A stretch of DNA of 46,090 nucleotides from Octopus bimaculoides. Lineage: Eukaryota. The stretch is from NCBI RefSeq assembly GCF_001194135.2, contig NC_068988.1, positions 63,012,984 through 63,059,073 on the forward strand, written 5' to 3'. The stretch's first letter is position 1. Every line of letters begins with the position of its first letter. Position numbers and translations under genes: made by a program. Below, in pieces: positions 22,719-36,986 of this stretch. Below the pieces are notes generated by a model that worked only from the letters and a program-made list of their open reading frames with translations, was not told the origin of the DNA and did not search any database.

Positions 22719-24538
22719 TTACTCACATTCGTGTTCTCCTTGTTTCTCTTTCTCACTCTGTCTTCCTACGTTTCTTTCTCCATCTTCCACTCCTTCACAC
22801 TACTGAGACACTCACACACGCTGGCTAATGAATACTCTGTATGAGAAATTTGAGGAGGAAAATCAATTTACATTTCATATAATTAAATGCCCTTCATCTC
22901 AAGATTCATAGCNNNNNNNNNNTATATATATATATATATGCACGTACAAAACTTCCAAATATATATATATTGAAGTTTTGTACATTCCTACATATGTGTT
23001 CGCATGTGTGCGGAGATAGGAAGACGATACATTATATGAAAATGCAGTATATATGTATCGGAACTTCACTGTGTAACGGTGAATATGCTGTCTTCGGGGA
23101 ACTGCATCTTGTAACGTAATCGGATAAGAAAATACAGAGTAGAGAAAAACTTGATTTCATCTACAATCTATATACACTCAAGACAACAAAATCATGTCTT
23201 ATAATCATAGGGCGAATTCAATGCAATTAATATACACTATATGTCACTAGAAACTGCATCCATAAATATATATTCTATATTCTTACATGGATTAATGTGT
23301 CGTTTCTGTAAGAACATCATGAATGAATTAAGAACTAAAACTTGAGAGTGCATAAGACACTACGTTTAGATCGCTAGCGTGGTACACATTGTTATAGTTT
23401 GATATGAAATCAAGTGAAACTGTACAGAGGCATTTCAACATATACGCTTATATGTCCTGGGAAATTTCTTATACATTTTGACGACATATTATATTCAGTT
23501 ATTTGACAGGAAACCAGTCTATCTGATTCAAATTCCTAGATAGAAATGACTAGCTAAATGTTACAAAACGATATCTGTATCCTACATGTACACGTTTGAG
23601 TTTTATGTGAAAATTAAAAATCAAATCCATTCACGGAAAGAAAAAAAATATAAATTCACTGGATTACAAAAGACGCCTTTACAAGCGAGAATCCCTGCAA
23701 ACGACGGAAAAAGAATCACCGAGACTTTTTTTATTATTATCTTCAATTCTCCCTTGTTTATTTCCCTTTCAAATCAATATGACCGAAACTTTGGTGACCC
23801 ACATTACTTATCGATCACTTTTAAGACTATTGACTCTTGTGCATGTAAACAAGATGATCCAGATTTTTTATAGTATTGAATGCTATGAGCATTTGAATCA
23901 TATTTGATATTACTGAATTCTGTAGACATCGAATCTTTTAAACATGTTTTTCTACTTCACTATTTAAAATTTTTACCATTGATAAGCAAAAAAATATTGT
24001 TGATACTAGTTTGGTATGTATATAAATTAATTTATTTAAAATCAATTAGAAGTTTTCCAAATTCAGGCGCATTTTCAACACCGAATTTTCATATATATGT
24101 ATATATATATATATTCATATATATAGTGAAACAAATGTGGGACTCTATTACCATGTATATTTCAAAAATTGCCTGCAGTTTTTATTACCAAAGTGTGAAT
24201 ATTAGTTATGTAATATAAATTGCATAAATAAAATAGATTAAATCTTCGGAGACGTGTAAGCATCATACGTCGTATTTAGCGCATTGGTGAGTGAGGTAAC
24301 AATCGATGGAATACTAATGAAGAAATGTTCCTTTCTTAAAGAAACATACATTAATCAGTACAACTAAATGTTCTTATAAAAAGTCTCTTGTATAATTTAA
24401 TGATTTGCTTTGTATGTCTCCTCGATAGAAAATACGAAATAAATACACTGGAAAAATGATATTGATGTATCTTAACCCACCAACCATAGAACTAGCAACA
24501 AGGCTACACACAGACCACACACCAACTGTCGGTCCCCT

Positions 24539-24642
24539 CTATCTATCTTTCTACCTATCTATCCATCTACCTACCTACCTACCTACCTACCTACCTACCT
24601 ACCTACCTACCTACCTACAAACATACCTACCTACCTCCCTAC

Positions 24643-24708
<66 letters not shown>

Positions 24709-24840
24709 GTCAGCCTGTCTGTCTCTCTGTCAGTCTATATATGTATGTATGCATGTATATATGTATGTATATGTGTATGTATGTATGTATGTATGTATCT
24801 ATATATGTATGTATGTATGTATGTATCTATCTATCTATCT
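24539..24840. repeat. Compound tetranucleotide microsatellite (CCTA)n-(TCTA)n-(TATG)n-(TCTA)n
   Basis: Directly visible. Confidence 0.95.
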
Positions 24841-24857
24841 ATTTTCTAATCTATTCT

Positions 24858-25173
24858 AATCACCGGAACAGCCTGCTGGTGAATTTAACGCGCAAGTGGC
24901 TGAGCACTCCACAGACTCGTGTACCTTAACTTAGTTCCCGGGGAGATTCAGCGTGACACAGACAACGCTGACCCTTTGAAATACAGGTACAACAGAAACA
25001 TGAAGAGAGGAATTTGCGGTGAAAGATTACAGTAGGGTTGGCCACCTCTCCCTGCCGGAGCCTCGTGGAGCTTTACGTGTTTTCGCTCAATAAACACTCA
25101 CAACGCCCTGTCTGGGAATCGAAACCGCGATCCTAAGACCACGAGTCTGCTGCCCTAACGACTGGGCCATTGC
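24858..25173 (-). mobile_element. tRNA-derived SINE family 3
   Basis: Minus strand reads caatggcccagtcgttagggcagc (A box) .. gcggtttcgattcccagac (B box); colinear with 44708-45080. Confidence 0.9.
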
Positions 25174-26229
25174 ATATAAGCATATACGTTCTTACACCAC
25201 GCACAAATACATGCATGTCGGCATGCATTCATACGTACATACATACTTACGTACGTACATACATACATACATACATACATACATTCATACGCACGTACGT
25301 ATGTATGTATGTATGTATTATGTATGGGTGTGTGTATGTATGTGCCTATGTTTATATAGGTATGTATCCATGCATATATATAGACTCACTTACACACATA
25401 GTGCAATGGAAAGTAATCCATTTGCGTTTAAAATGGTAAAATCCAAAACTGGCACCTTCATTACTCGTAGTTTAGGCCTGCTTCTACATCTAAGACCAGT
25501 ATATTTACACACACAAAACAGACACGCGCAGATATACGCATTCACATATATATACAGTGAGAGACTCTGTGAAAAAGAGAGACTTTCTATATACATGCAT
25601 ACATGTGTTTGAATGGATATGCGAACGCTCGTATATGTGATTCTGTGTGTGTGTATATATATATGTGTGTTTCTGTGCGTGTGTGTGTGTGTGATTTGTG
25701 ACTGTGTAAAAATTATTATGAAGATGGATTCCATATGTAAGACTGTTGCATCTTAGTTGCTAGATTTACAAGTAATCTAATTGTTAACTATTGATTACGA
25801 CAAATTTTATCGCATTCATATTTCGAAGTGTGAAGTTATCGATCTGGTGAGGATATATGAAAAATGCCCGGCAAGTTTACTTTCCACTGTCAGCCTTGAA
25901 TAGACTATGATTGCTCATTTAAAAGACTGTCGTTAAGAACTACCTCAAGGCTCAACAATGACTCTTAAGTAGATAGACTCTTACCTGATATAACGGTCTT
26001 CTTTTCTATTTTGATTCACTTTCGCTTGTGCATATAAGATTGCACGAGCATGTGGATACGTTTGCGTTATTTTCATCTGGTTGTATGATGTTATTCCATA
26101 TTTGATAGCATGAAGGAGAATCTGATTATATAGCGACACCTATGCACTTACACACATACATACGTACATTCACACTTTATAATGTGTGTCTGGATGTCTG
26201 TACCTATATATATACATATATACGTATGC

Positions 26230-26260
<31 letters not shown>

Positions 26261-26439
26261 CATATATATNNNNNNNNNNNNNNNNNNNNNNNNNNNNNNN
26301 NNNNNNNNNNNNNNNNNNNNNNNNNNNNNNNNNNNNNNNNNNNNNNNNNNNNNNNNNNNNNNNNNNNNNNNNNNNNNNNNNNNNNNNNNNNNNNNNNNNN
26401 NNNNNNNNNNNNNNNNNNNNNNNNNNNNNNNNNNNNNTA

Positions 26440-26470
<31 letters not shown>

Positions 26471-27915
26471 TTATGTATGTATGCGTGTTTGTTTATTTAT
26501 TTATTTATTAGTACACTTATACGTCAAAGTATTAACTCAGTAATTGTACGGTTCTCAGGTGTAAGAAGGACAAGTGTGACAATGACCAGAGCATATAGAA
26601 TATCATCATAATAACATGAATAAAAACTAACGCATAATTGAAAACGCCAGCAAATATATGCTTGATGAAATAATGTACAATGAGATATTTGTCGTTCCGC
26701 ATCGATGAACATTGTGAAATTGCTGTGTCGTATGGCATATCCTGCGTCCAGGACAGTGTCTTCTTTCGGTACAAAGTTGGGAAATAAACCAAAAACACAG
26801 AGGGTTTTTCATTAACTATATTTTAGACACTGGTTGCAAATGATCAAGAACACAAAACATCTTAGACTTAATACGCCGTTAGGGAGTAGTAGGAAAAGGA
26901 AAGTGGGTGAGAGAAGTAGGAAAGAAAATGGAAGTCAAGTAGCAGAACAGACAAGGGTGAATTTGATGGAAAATGTGTGGTCGATAGGGGGCGTGTTGTT
27001 TATCTAGAATTCGTTCGAATGAAATCTTGATTGAACTACCAACGAATGAACCTGGCCACAACAAATCATAGATCTTTTCAATCAACATTCTAGGAATAAG
27101 AGCCACAAATTAGTAATTTCCGATGCAATATACTCAATAGACCTGGGCAATATTAAAACTGTGTTTCAAAGTAAACAGACATGCATCATGTTTAAGTTAA
27201 ATTACATACCTTCTAAGAAAAGAAACCGGGTGATCGAGTGTACATACTCTCTTCATTATATATCAACCCAATAAAACTGAGTTTGAGCGAAACAATAACA
27301 GCAACCACATCAATGAATATGGCTAGATCTATTAATATAATGTCTGTTCCTCAGAAAAATAAAACCACAATATTCCACGTATTGACTGACACTATGTCAA
27401 CACCTGGCATTTACTCAAAAAATATTACCTGGACATATCTGACGCCCAATTCTACATATTGCTTCAATCTGTTTCATTATTCCTTTATCATTGCCTATAA
27501 AACCGGTTTTCCTAACTATCTATTGAAGCAATATGCATTACTATCTTATAAACACAACACGTTTAGTTAACATTACAATTAAACTCTATTATTTAAGTTC
27601 TATAAATGCAACTTCGTTCGATATTTACGTTAGAGGCAGACATGCTTCTTTTGTTTCGATTTATGATATATATTTCTATCAATTTTGTTTCAATTATTGG
27701 GTCAAGATATCTTGTAAAATCTACAGAACAATTTAGAAAAGAGACAATATAAAGCAAGCTGATCATCCTTTTACTCAGTCAACCATTGTGCACAAACGAC
27801 CGAACGAGATTCACAATAATCGATTGGTGCGGTGGTCTGGTACAAATTGTTAAAGAAATATAACTTGAATCGATTAGTCTTTCATAAATACTTACATACT
27901 GACAATGTAAAATCC

Positions 27916-27917
<2 letters not shown>

Positions 27918-27960
<43 letters not shown>
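27918..27960. repeat. (CT)n microsatellite
   Basis: Perfect run. Confidence 0.95.
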
Positions 27961-27964
<4 letters not shown>

Positions 27965-28104
27965 CTCTTTCGGCTTCAGTGTTTCTCTCTGTCTGTCTGT
28001 ATCTCTCTCTTTTTCTCTAAAGGTGATCTACGAATTACCCCGAATTATTAGCGGAAGGTAAACGAAGATTTGCATGAACGTACGAAAATAGGTAAATTGT
28101 TAAC

Positions 28105-28317
28105 GTGCTGGCAACAATCGATAAAATGCCTCGCAAAAAGGTTAGGGGCATTTCATGTGTCTACTCTTTCTGAGTTCAAATTCCACCAAGGTCATCTTTG
28201 GCTTCCACCATATTGGAACCGAAGAGACAAGTACCAGTTGAACAGAGTGGTCAATGTAATCGACTTAACGCCTCTCACGAAATTGCTAGCCTTGTGCCAA
28301 AACTTGAAATCAATATT
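28105..28317 (+). mobile_element. SINE family 1, diverged
   Basis: gctggcaaca..ctgagttcaaattccaccaaggtc..aagtaccagttgaa..gtaatcgactt..gccttgtgccaaaa. Confidence 0.78.
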
Positions 28318-28332
28318 GCTCCACTTGCAAAA

Positions 28333-28436
28333 GGCGGTGAGCTGGCAGAATTGTTAGAACACCGGACAAAATGCTCTTTATCCCCTCGGGGTCGTATAAA
28401 ATAAGTACCAGTTGAGTACTGGGATCGAACTAATCC
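28333..28436 (+). mobile_element. SINE family 1, internally deleted (B box missing)
   Basis: ggcggtgagctggcagaattgttagaacaccggacaaaatgct joined directly to ctttatcccctcggggtcgtataaaataagtaccagtt. Confidence 0.8.
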
Positions 28437-28786
28437 ATGTAGGGAAAGAATAGGTACATATTTATAGATATATTCTATTAAGTATTCATACTAAGAAAAA
28501 GGACATATTCGATAAAGTTATCTCAGGACACTGTATATCAGAAACAGATAATAATATTTCTATGAATACAACGCCACCATCAGAATAAGCATTACTACCA
28601 CCATTGTCAACAAGAACAATACTAAGAAGAAAAAAGGGGAGGACTGAATGAAATACTAAAGCTGCGAGATCTAGTGACGGATTTTGTTTAGGAAAAAGGT
28701 TTGTACACCCGTTTGTTAAATTACAAGTAACAACGATAAATGTCGAATAGAAAATGGAGAAAGTTGTTTAAAAACTGGTCATCCGA

Positions 28787-28829
28787 GAAGAAGAAGAAGA
28801 AGAAGAAGAAGAAGAAGAAGAAGAAGAAG

Positions 28830-28861
<32 letters not shown>

Positions 28862-28880
28862 GAAGAAGAAGAAGAAGAAG
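28787..28880. repeat. (GAA)n microsatellite
   Basis: Near-perfect run. Confidence 0.97.
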
Positions 28881-30890
28881 CATTCGTGAGTAAGGGAGGT
28901 AGAGAGTCGGAGGAAAGAAAAAATAGGGGAAGAAAGACAGGAGAAGGACAAGGAATGGAAAGGGATTAGAAAAAAGGAAGAAAGATACATTTGCAAATAT
29001 TATGATGACTTGCAAGAATTTCAGCAGAATACAGGCAAATTTACCATGAATAACGAGAACAAAATCATATACATTAGTGTGTGTGTGTCTGTCTGTTTGT
29101 CTGTCTGTTTGTCTGTCGGTCTGTATTAATAGTATATATATTTATACATCCGCACGCACACACGCTCACGCAATTATATGTATAACAATATTATATTTAT
29201 NNNNNNNNNNNNNNNNNNNNNNNNNNNNNNNNNNNNNNNNNNNNNNNNNNNNNNNNNNNNNNNNNNNNNNNNNNNNNNNNNNNNNNNNNNNNNNNNNNNN
29301 NNNNNNNNNNNNNNNNNNNNNNNNNNNNNNNNNNNNNNNNNNNNNNNNNNNNNNNNNNNNNNNNNNNNNNNNNNNNNNNNNNNNNNNNNNNNNNNNNNNN
29401 NNNNNNNNNNNNNNNNNNNNNNNNNNNNNNNNNNNNNNNNNNNNNNNNNNNNNNNNNNNNNNNNNNNNNNNNNNNNNNNNNNNNNNNNNNNNNNNNNNNN
29501 NNNNNNNNNNNNNNNNNNNNNNNNNNNNNNNNNNNNNNNNNNNNNNNNNNNNNNNNNNNNNNNNNNNNNNNNNNNNNATATATATATATATATAAACTTA
29601 GGCATAGAGAGATACACTCATATGCAGTCAAAGAGAAACAGACAGATTGATGTCCACTAGGATATGAATAGGACGTGTAATGAACCAATAAATATGTAAA
29701 GAGTTGTGCGATAAGAAAAAAATATGCCAGAGACAACCCAAGAAGTAAAAAATAATCACAAGATTATACAGACGGGTATAACGTTTTAAGTAAGTAGCAC
29801 TGATGTGAAAGGGATTGATGCTGTATCATAAAATAAATATCATACAAAAGTGACTTAGTAAAAATAACGTAGAATTAGAGCGAAATAAATGCATAAAAAT
29901 ATAAATGTGTAAACGATAAAACATGACATCTATAGCAAAATGTATAACGATCCTTTATAAATATCAGACAGGTATCTGAAGATTAAATATGAATAGCGAC
30001 TCAATCTCGTATCAAATGCAAAGGAAGCATACAGTTTATAAATTTACCTGACAAACATGATTTAGTGAGATCGATCTGATTGGAAGTAGAGAATAACCAT
30101 CACAGTTTGCATTTCTGATTGTATATGACTGTGTATCGTTTTATAACTTTGCATTTGTACTTTTGTATCAGGAGTCACTCCGAGTACACAGTTTCAGAGA
30201 TATCTTTTTTTTGACATTGAGCTTCTGTAATGATATTTAAAGGCATTTGTAATTCCAGTAGTCATATGCCAAGAATAATGACATCATTTGCAATATTCTC
30301 TGACTTCAACAAAGAAACTAAGGTTAGGAAAAATAGTGAATTATGACGTAGATCCGTAAACAAACAAAACAGACTTAATAGAACATGCACGAAAACATAT
30401 ATGCATACACACACGTATGAAAGTATGTGAGCCTGTGTATGTATTATATACGTGTTGTGTATGGGAGTATGTATATTTTATATATATATATACATATATA
30501 TATATATACATGCATATACATACATACATATATNNNNNNNNNNNNNNNNNNNNNNNNNNNNNNNNNNNNNNNNNNNNNNNNNNNNNNNNNNNNNNNNNNN
30601 NNNNNNNNNNNNNNNNNNNNNNNNNNNNNNNNNNNNNNNNNNNNNNNNNNNNNNNNNNNNNNNNNNNNNNNNNNNNNNNNNNNNNNNNNNNNNNNNNNNN
30701 NNNNNNNNNNNNNNNNNNNNNNNNNNNNNNNNNNNNNNNNNNNNNNNNNNNNNNNNNNNNNNNNNNNNNNNNNNNNNNNNNNNNNNNNNNNNNNNNNNTA
30801 TACATATATACATATCTATCTATCTATCCAACTATTTAAACACACACACGCACACACACGCACACACACGCACACACACATGCACACACA

Positions 30891-30940
<50 letters not shown>

Positions 30941-31998
30941 CACATACATATATGTGTGGGAGTGTGTATGCATGTATGAATGGATAGTATCGCTCTTCGT
31001 AATTTACACCCTTTGTGTTTCTTCAAAAATCTATAAATATATATAATAGACTAACATTATCTACACATTAAAATTGGCTGAAGTTGATGATGGGGACCAT
31101 GTGGATGAATTGGGTGGAACGGAGCCACGTAAGCATTGGCGTCGTGTTAAATTCCCAGTAGTTCGATCCATGTTTCTTGCGGACAATTGCTTAGGTTGAG
31201 TCGCTTTAAATGGAGCATAATATATAATTATAGTTATTATTAAAAAGGATCTATGCGTGTCGCTCTTCTCCATAAGCTTATATGCATAATTAAATGCATC
31301 TAAGGGTATATGCACCATAGTATATATGCGTATATGCATACAGACGCACACACATAGACAGATATATGGTGATAGGTAGGTAGATAGTAAGATACATACA
31401 TAGATGCTAGATATACATCTTGAACAGTGTGAAAATACACATTAAATAACTTATATTTGCTTCAAATAAGAGCCTGAGAAAATCTAATGTGAATAATGTC
31501 ACGACCAAGTTTACTATGTGACATATCGTGATCGATATCCTCGTGCAATCTATACTATGAGAAAGACACATTTGATTCGTCTGTCTAGCATATGTACCTG
31601 CAATATGTCAGACATATTGACAAGTTAGTACAATATGTATAAAAGTTATTGTAGACAAGGCTGCATATTGCTGCGCAGTTATATATTGTTACGTATCTAA
31701 GTGTGTGTGTATATCTGAGCGTGATTGAGAATGTATGTATATACCAATGCATGAAATGATGTTTTAAAGCATGTAAGGACATGTGAGGAATTTATGCATA
31801 CACAAATTTTAGCCCCTGTCTCTCTGAATAAAGCACATAAACTATTTCTGTCTCACACACAGTGTCACTGTTGTACGGTAAGTCTGGGGTACTGGTGTGA
31901 AGGATTTAATCGGATAATTCACGTGATCAAAACAACGTCAGTTTTCATGCGGTGGTCGTGAAGAAATAGAACGCAAAAACAAACAAATACATATGCAC

Positions 31999-32047
<49 letters not shown>

Positions 32048-32761
32048 TATACATATAAATATGTGTGTGATTGTGTGTGTGTCTGTATGTGTTTGTGTGT
32101 GTGTACTACGTGCTTTCCCAGTTTTCGCTTAGCAAATCAACTTACAAGGATTTAGTCTTCCTGGTGCTATAGAAAACACATGCTGAACAGGCATTACAGT
32201 GTGACTATGTAAAGTACCCCTCTGCTCACGAAGAGAACCTACTGTATATATCTATTTAATTGACACAGAACATGCGTTTGCTAGTTCTATGATCAAATAA
32301 TAGTTACATATGTATAGATTTCAAATCCTGTCAAGTAAACATTCAAATCACTATTTAAATCACTGACAAATTTGACATTTGAATATACCCATTCGATATA
32401 TTCCAGCGTTTATTGACGGGCTTTTATCGAATTGGAGAAAAGAGATATTTATGATATCATTTGATTTTGTATGGCTTAAACGGAGAATGAGGTTGTAGCG
32501 TATTGATAATTTGTTCAAAAGCAGACAAATCTAACACCTATTTCTTTTAAACACATTTCCAGAAAATATACTTCGTCTCTTCCAACCTAGATTTGAAATC
32601 TCAATTGCAGCAATACATTCTTATAAAATCCATAGAAGTGTCTTTAAATACGCAAATGTGAAAGTACTTTCATGAAAAATTTTGGGTTTTAGGTATACAA
32701 ATTCACTAAATCTACTAACTTCGTCTAACACTTCACAACTCTGCAGCCCTTACTATATTAT

Positions 32762-32983
32762 TTCTTTTCATTGTTCTACTCTAGGTACAAGGCCCGAAAT
32801 TTTGCGGGGAGGGAACCAGTCGATTAGATCGAGCCCAGTACGCAAGTGGTACTTAATTTATCGACCGCGCAAGGATGAAAAGGAAAGTCAACCTCGGTGG
32901 AATTTAAACTTAGAACGTAAAGACAGACGAAATACCGCTAAGCATTTCGCCCGGCGTGCTAAAATTTCTGCCAGCTCACGGCC
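32762..32983 (-). mobile_element. SINE family 1, full length and best preserved
   Basis: Minus strand reads gagctggcagaaattttagcacgccgggcgaaatgcttagcgg (A-box region), aagtttaaattcc (B box), cctttt-catcct-tgcgcggtcgataaattaagtacc (conserved central block resembling the MetaSINE domain, by recollection), and tail gtacctagagtagaac. Confidence 0.92.
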
Positions 32984-35192
32984 ATAGCACCACTTATTAT
33001 TTGCATTTATCCACATATCGTCACTTTTAATATCTCATTTCCCACTAGACCCTAATTAAGTATCACTGTACAAACATCTGTAACCTATAAAACTATAATT
33101 ATTACGAACGATAATTTGCACATTTATTAGTAATACTTTCCGGCACACCTGAACTTTACTATGTTAATTTCTGTTCATCACAGAATACAATTCATTTAGA
33201 ACGATTGTCTTCCTAACACACTTGATTCATTATTGCAAACTATTCAGGGATGCAGGTGTTTCGACATGATTAGGTTTTTATAACCGTTTCTTTCAGTCAA
33301 AATTAGTGTTATGACATTTTGTCACAATTAACGTTATCGCTTTTTTTTATATACTTGTTTTCATTATACGATAACCACTTCATTCATTCTCTCGTTCGTT
33401 TCGTTTACTCTTTGCACATACTTCAGTAATTTCCAGGTAGACCTTATTGTTAATTCCCAGTTATGCCCTGTAATTCACTGCTTGTATGCTTAAAAGTCTG
33501 GCTTTGTATTGTTTTCACTTTAACGTTTTCCTTTCTGTTAATGATTTCTCCTTTCTAATATTGTGTCTCTTTTCAAATATTCCTTCGCTTTATCTGCTGC
33601 CCATCCACAAATCTCCATTTAGATTCCCTCTCTCATTTTCATTCATCTTTTCTTTCGTTAACTATTTCTGTGTGAAATTAAACCTCACGACGCAAACCTA
33701 ATGATTACAGTAGTGACTACACGGCCGGGTAGTCGCTCATTTGATTAGTTTCAACGTAAAGCATATTTCATTTAAATCTACTGACTAGTCATGAAGCAGC
33801 AACTTCACGCAGTTCAAAAATTTACCGCAAAATATAGCTTATATACATCTTAGGTCGTTACTATCTTGTGAAACGATGACAACCCTTGAAATTTAAATTG
33901 TGAACAACTCATGAATGAATGCAAAAAGAATGTCTTTATAAGTTTTAGACGTTCATAGAAAGCAAAAAGTTTCTGGAAGTGATTAAATTAACCCCGTCAA
34001 TATAATTATATGTACTGTAATGAGTACATGTGCATACAATTTCATCGGGACGTTTTCAGTCCACCATCTGACAAAAACTCTGAGAAACCAACAGTGGATA
34101 ATCTAATCCTATCTAAGAATATAATCCAGTCATATGGATAAATAGATGGATATGGCTGAAATACTTTTATCACAGGTTTGCTTGACCAGTGTTGACATAG
34201 AACGAAATGACAACACAGGCAAATGAATTTTGGTAATTACACTTTGGTGGTTAGGTATGATGAAGTTATTTTCACAAGACATGGGTTGAGAAGGAAATGT
34301 TATAAGCAAAATGGAAATATTAGATGAATCTTTTACTCATCGGACAAGATCATCAAGGAAATGGGCGCCGATGAATGAAGTCTGCACAATATGTTTATAA
34401 CGAAACAAACATGAGAAAGCAGATCTATATGTATATTTGAAATCTGAAAGAGCAATTGTTGCACGAAAACGTGAGTTCATGGAATGTAACGCTCTGTTTA
34501 GAAAAAAAGATAAACGGTAGTAGCTGCAATACACAACGTTTAAAAAGTAATAAGATTTGTTGTCGTGAATACTGAATGGTGATATATTGGCAATTTTGGG
34601 ATGCAAATAAAATCTACATCTGTCTTCAATCGTACTTGCATCATTAAATACACAGAACTATAAAGGACTGTCTGAATGGCTACATCCGCAGCGTTTTTGA
34701 TCATAGGGTTGTTCAAAGAGCATGGATATAAGGGTGAATAATTAAAAGGTAACACCACATTGATATTGTAATAACATCGTGATATCAAATATTACAACAA
34801 ACTAATTAGTGAGAGTAAATTTTGAAATTTTATGAATTTCATATCAACGTAAAATATTGATGAAATGGCAGTGGGTGGAAGTTTTTATTTGAAAATTATA
34901 AAAAATGAAAGAAATATCAGGCACATCAGCAAATAATTGCAGAATATTTGAAGAAATAATTTCAAACATGTAATATGTGAAGAATAATTTCCTCAGCATA
35001 CATACCTTTGTGTTTTAGCGTAAAACCAGCCGTAGGATAGATAGAATGGATATAGTAATAAAATACAGATTTAAATCTAGGAAAGCACTAAGTCCCACGC
35101 AAATGCATTTATATAAATATTGTATACATAAATCACACATACATAAGCGAACACCTGCAAATACAGAAACACATACAAACACAAGCATGAAA

Positions 35193-35229
<37 letters not shown>

Positions 35230-36947
35230 TACAAATACATATAAACATACACGCATATATGTGTGTATTGGTTTGATCCATATTGGAATGTCTATTATTA
35301 CTTTAACCCCAGGAAGCTAAGAGTGTTACGTCATTAAGTGATACAAAAAGTGTCAAGAAACGGAATAAAATGGCTTTTCGGATGGTATAAGACATAAATT
35401 AGATGTTGTGAAGTATTTCAATATGTTTATATTTCAGGTGCATTATATATATATATATATATATNNNNNNNNNNNNNNNNNNNNNNNNNNNNNNNNNNNN
35501 NNNNNNNNNNNNNNNNNNNNNNNNNNNNNNNNNNNNNNNNNNNNNNNNNNNNNNNNNNNNNNNNNNNNNNNNNNNNNNNNNNNNNNNNNNNNNNNNNNNN
35601 NNNNNNNNNNNNNNNNNNNNNNNNNNNNNNNNNNNNNNNNNNNNNNNNNNNNNNNNNNNNNNNNNNNNNNNNNNNNNNNNNNNNNNNNNNNNNNNNNNNN
35701 NNNNNNNNNNNNNNNNNNNNNNNNNNNNNNNNNNNNNNNNNNNNNNNNNNNNNNNNNNNNNNNNNNNNNNNNNNNNNNNNNNNNNNNNNNNNNNNNNNNN
35801 NNNNNNNNNNNNNNNNNNNNNNNNNNNNNNNNNNNNNNNNNNNNNNNNNNNNNNNNNNNNNNNNNNNNNNNNNNNNNNNNNNNNNNNNNNNNNNNNNNNN
35901 NNNNNNNNNNNNNNNNNNNNNNNNNNNNNNNNNNNNNNNNNNNNNNNNNNNNNNNNNNNNNNNNNNNNNNNNNNNNNNNNNNNNNNNNNNNNNNNNNNNN
36001 NNNNNNNNNNNNNNNNNNNNNNNNNNNNNNNNNNNNNNNNNNNNNNNNNNNNNNNNNNNNNNNNNNNNNNNNNNNNNNNNNNNTATATATATATATATAT
36101 ATACATATGTATGTATATATATATATATATACACCACACATATGTTTGTGTGTATGTATGTGCGTGTATGTGCGCTTATGTGCATGTGTGTGAATTTGTG
36201 TAAAAGTAGCATAGAACCAGTCATTCATTCTTGCAAATATAACACGTGTTATATACGTTTATAAAATTTGTTAGTCTACTACACAAGGTAGAACTAGAAG
36301 CTAAGACGTGTCAAATTTATTGTTCAGCAAAGATGGTAAAACGTGTTATATTTGTATTTGATTTTATATTTGTTTATTTCCTGATATATTTTGAAGTTCT
36401 CACTTCTGACGTTTCTAGAAAGTGTTCATTTATATTTGACAGAACAATATTCCATTTAAATTAAATTTTGCTGTGCTGCATATTAGAAAATAGAACACAC
36501 GTTTGCAGTAAACGTAATACTTGCAGTTTCGTTTTACCTGCGTGAATTACGATGATGTTAGATAAAAATTATTGTTTCAAATATTGTTTAACCTAACAGC
36601 TCTTACATAAATTAATCAACGTTTCGAAAATTTACTCGTTGCCTATAGATGGTCTATCCTATTTAATGTAATGAGTGAAGTACTTCAAATGATTTAAATT
36701 ACACGATATTTAAGGTGATAGATCCGTTAACGTAATAACCATTTGTAGTCAGGTAAAAAGAAAAAAAAACCATCTAATTGACTACGGTGCTATTTTAATG
36801 CATTATAAATAGAATTTAGGCCATGCATTCGGGAGTGAGTCTGATGTATGGTAGTAAGGTGAACATTCGAGATATGTTTCAGGCATATTATATTTCCTCA
36901 GGGAAGCAAAAGTGTTTACTAGGTTGACTTGAAGCGAAAGAGAGTAT

Positions 36948-36950
<3 letters not shown>

Positions 36951-36980
<30 letters not shown>
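36951..36980. repeat. (GA)n microsatellite
   Basis: Perfect run. Confidence 0.95.
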
Positions 36981-36986
<6 letters not shown>

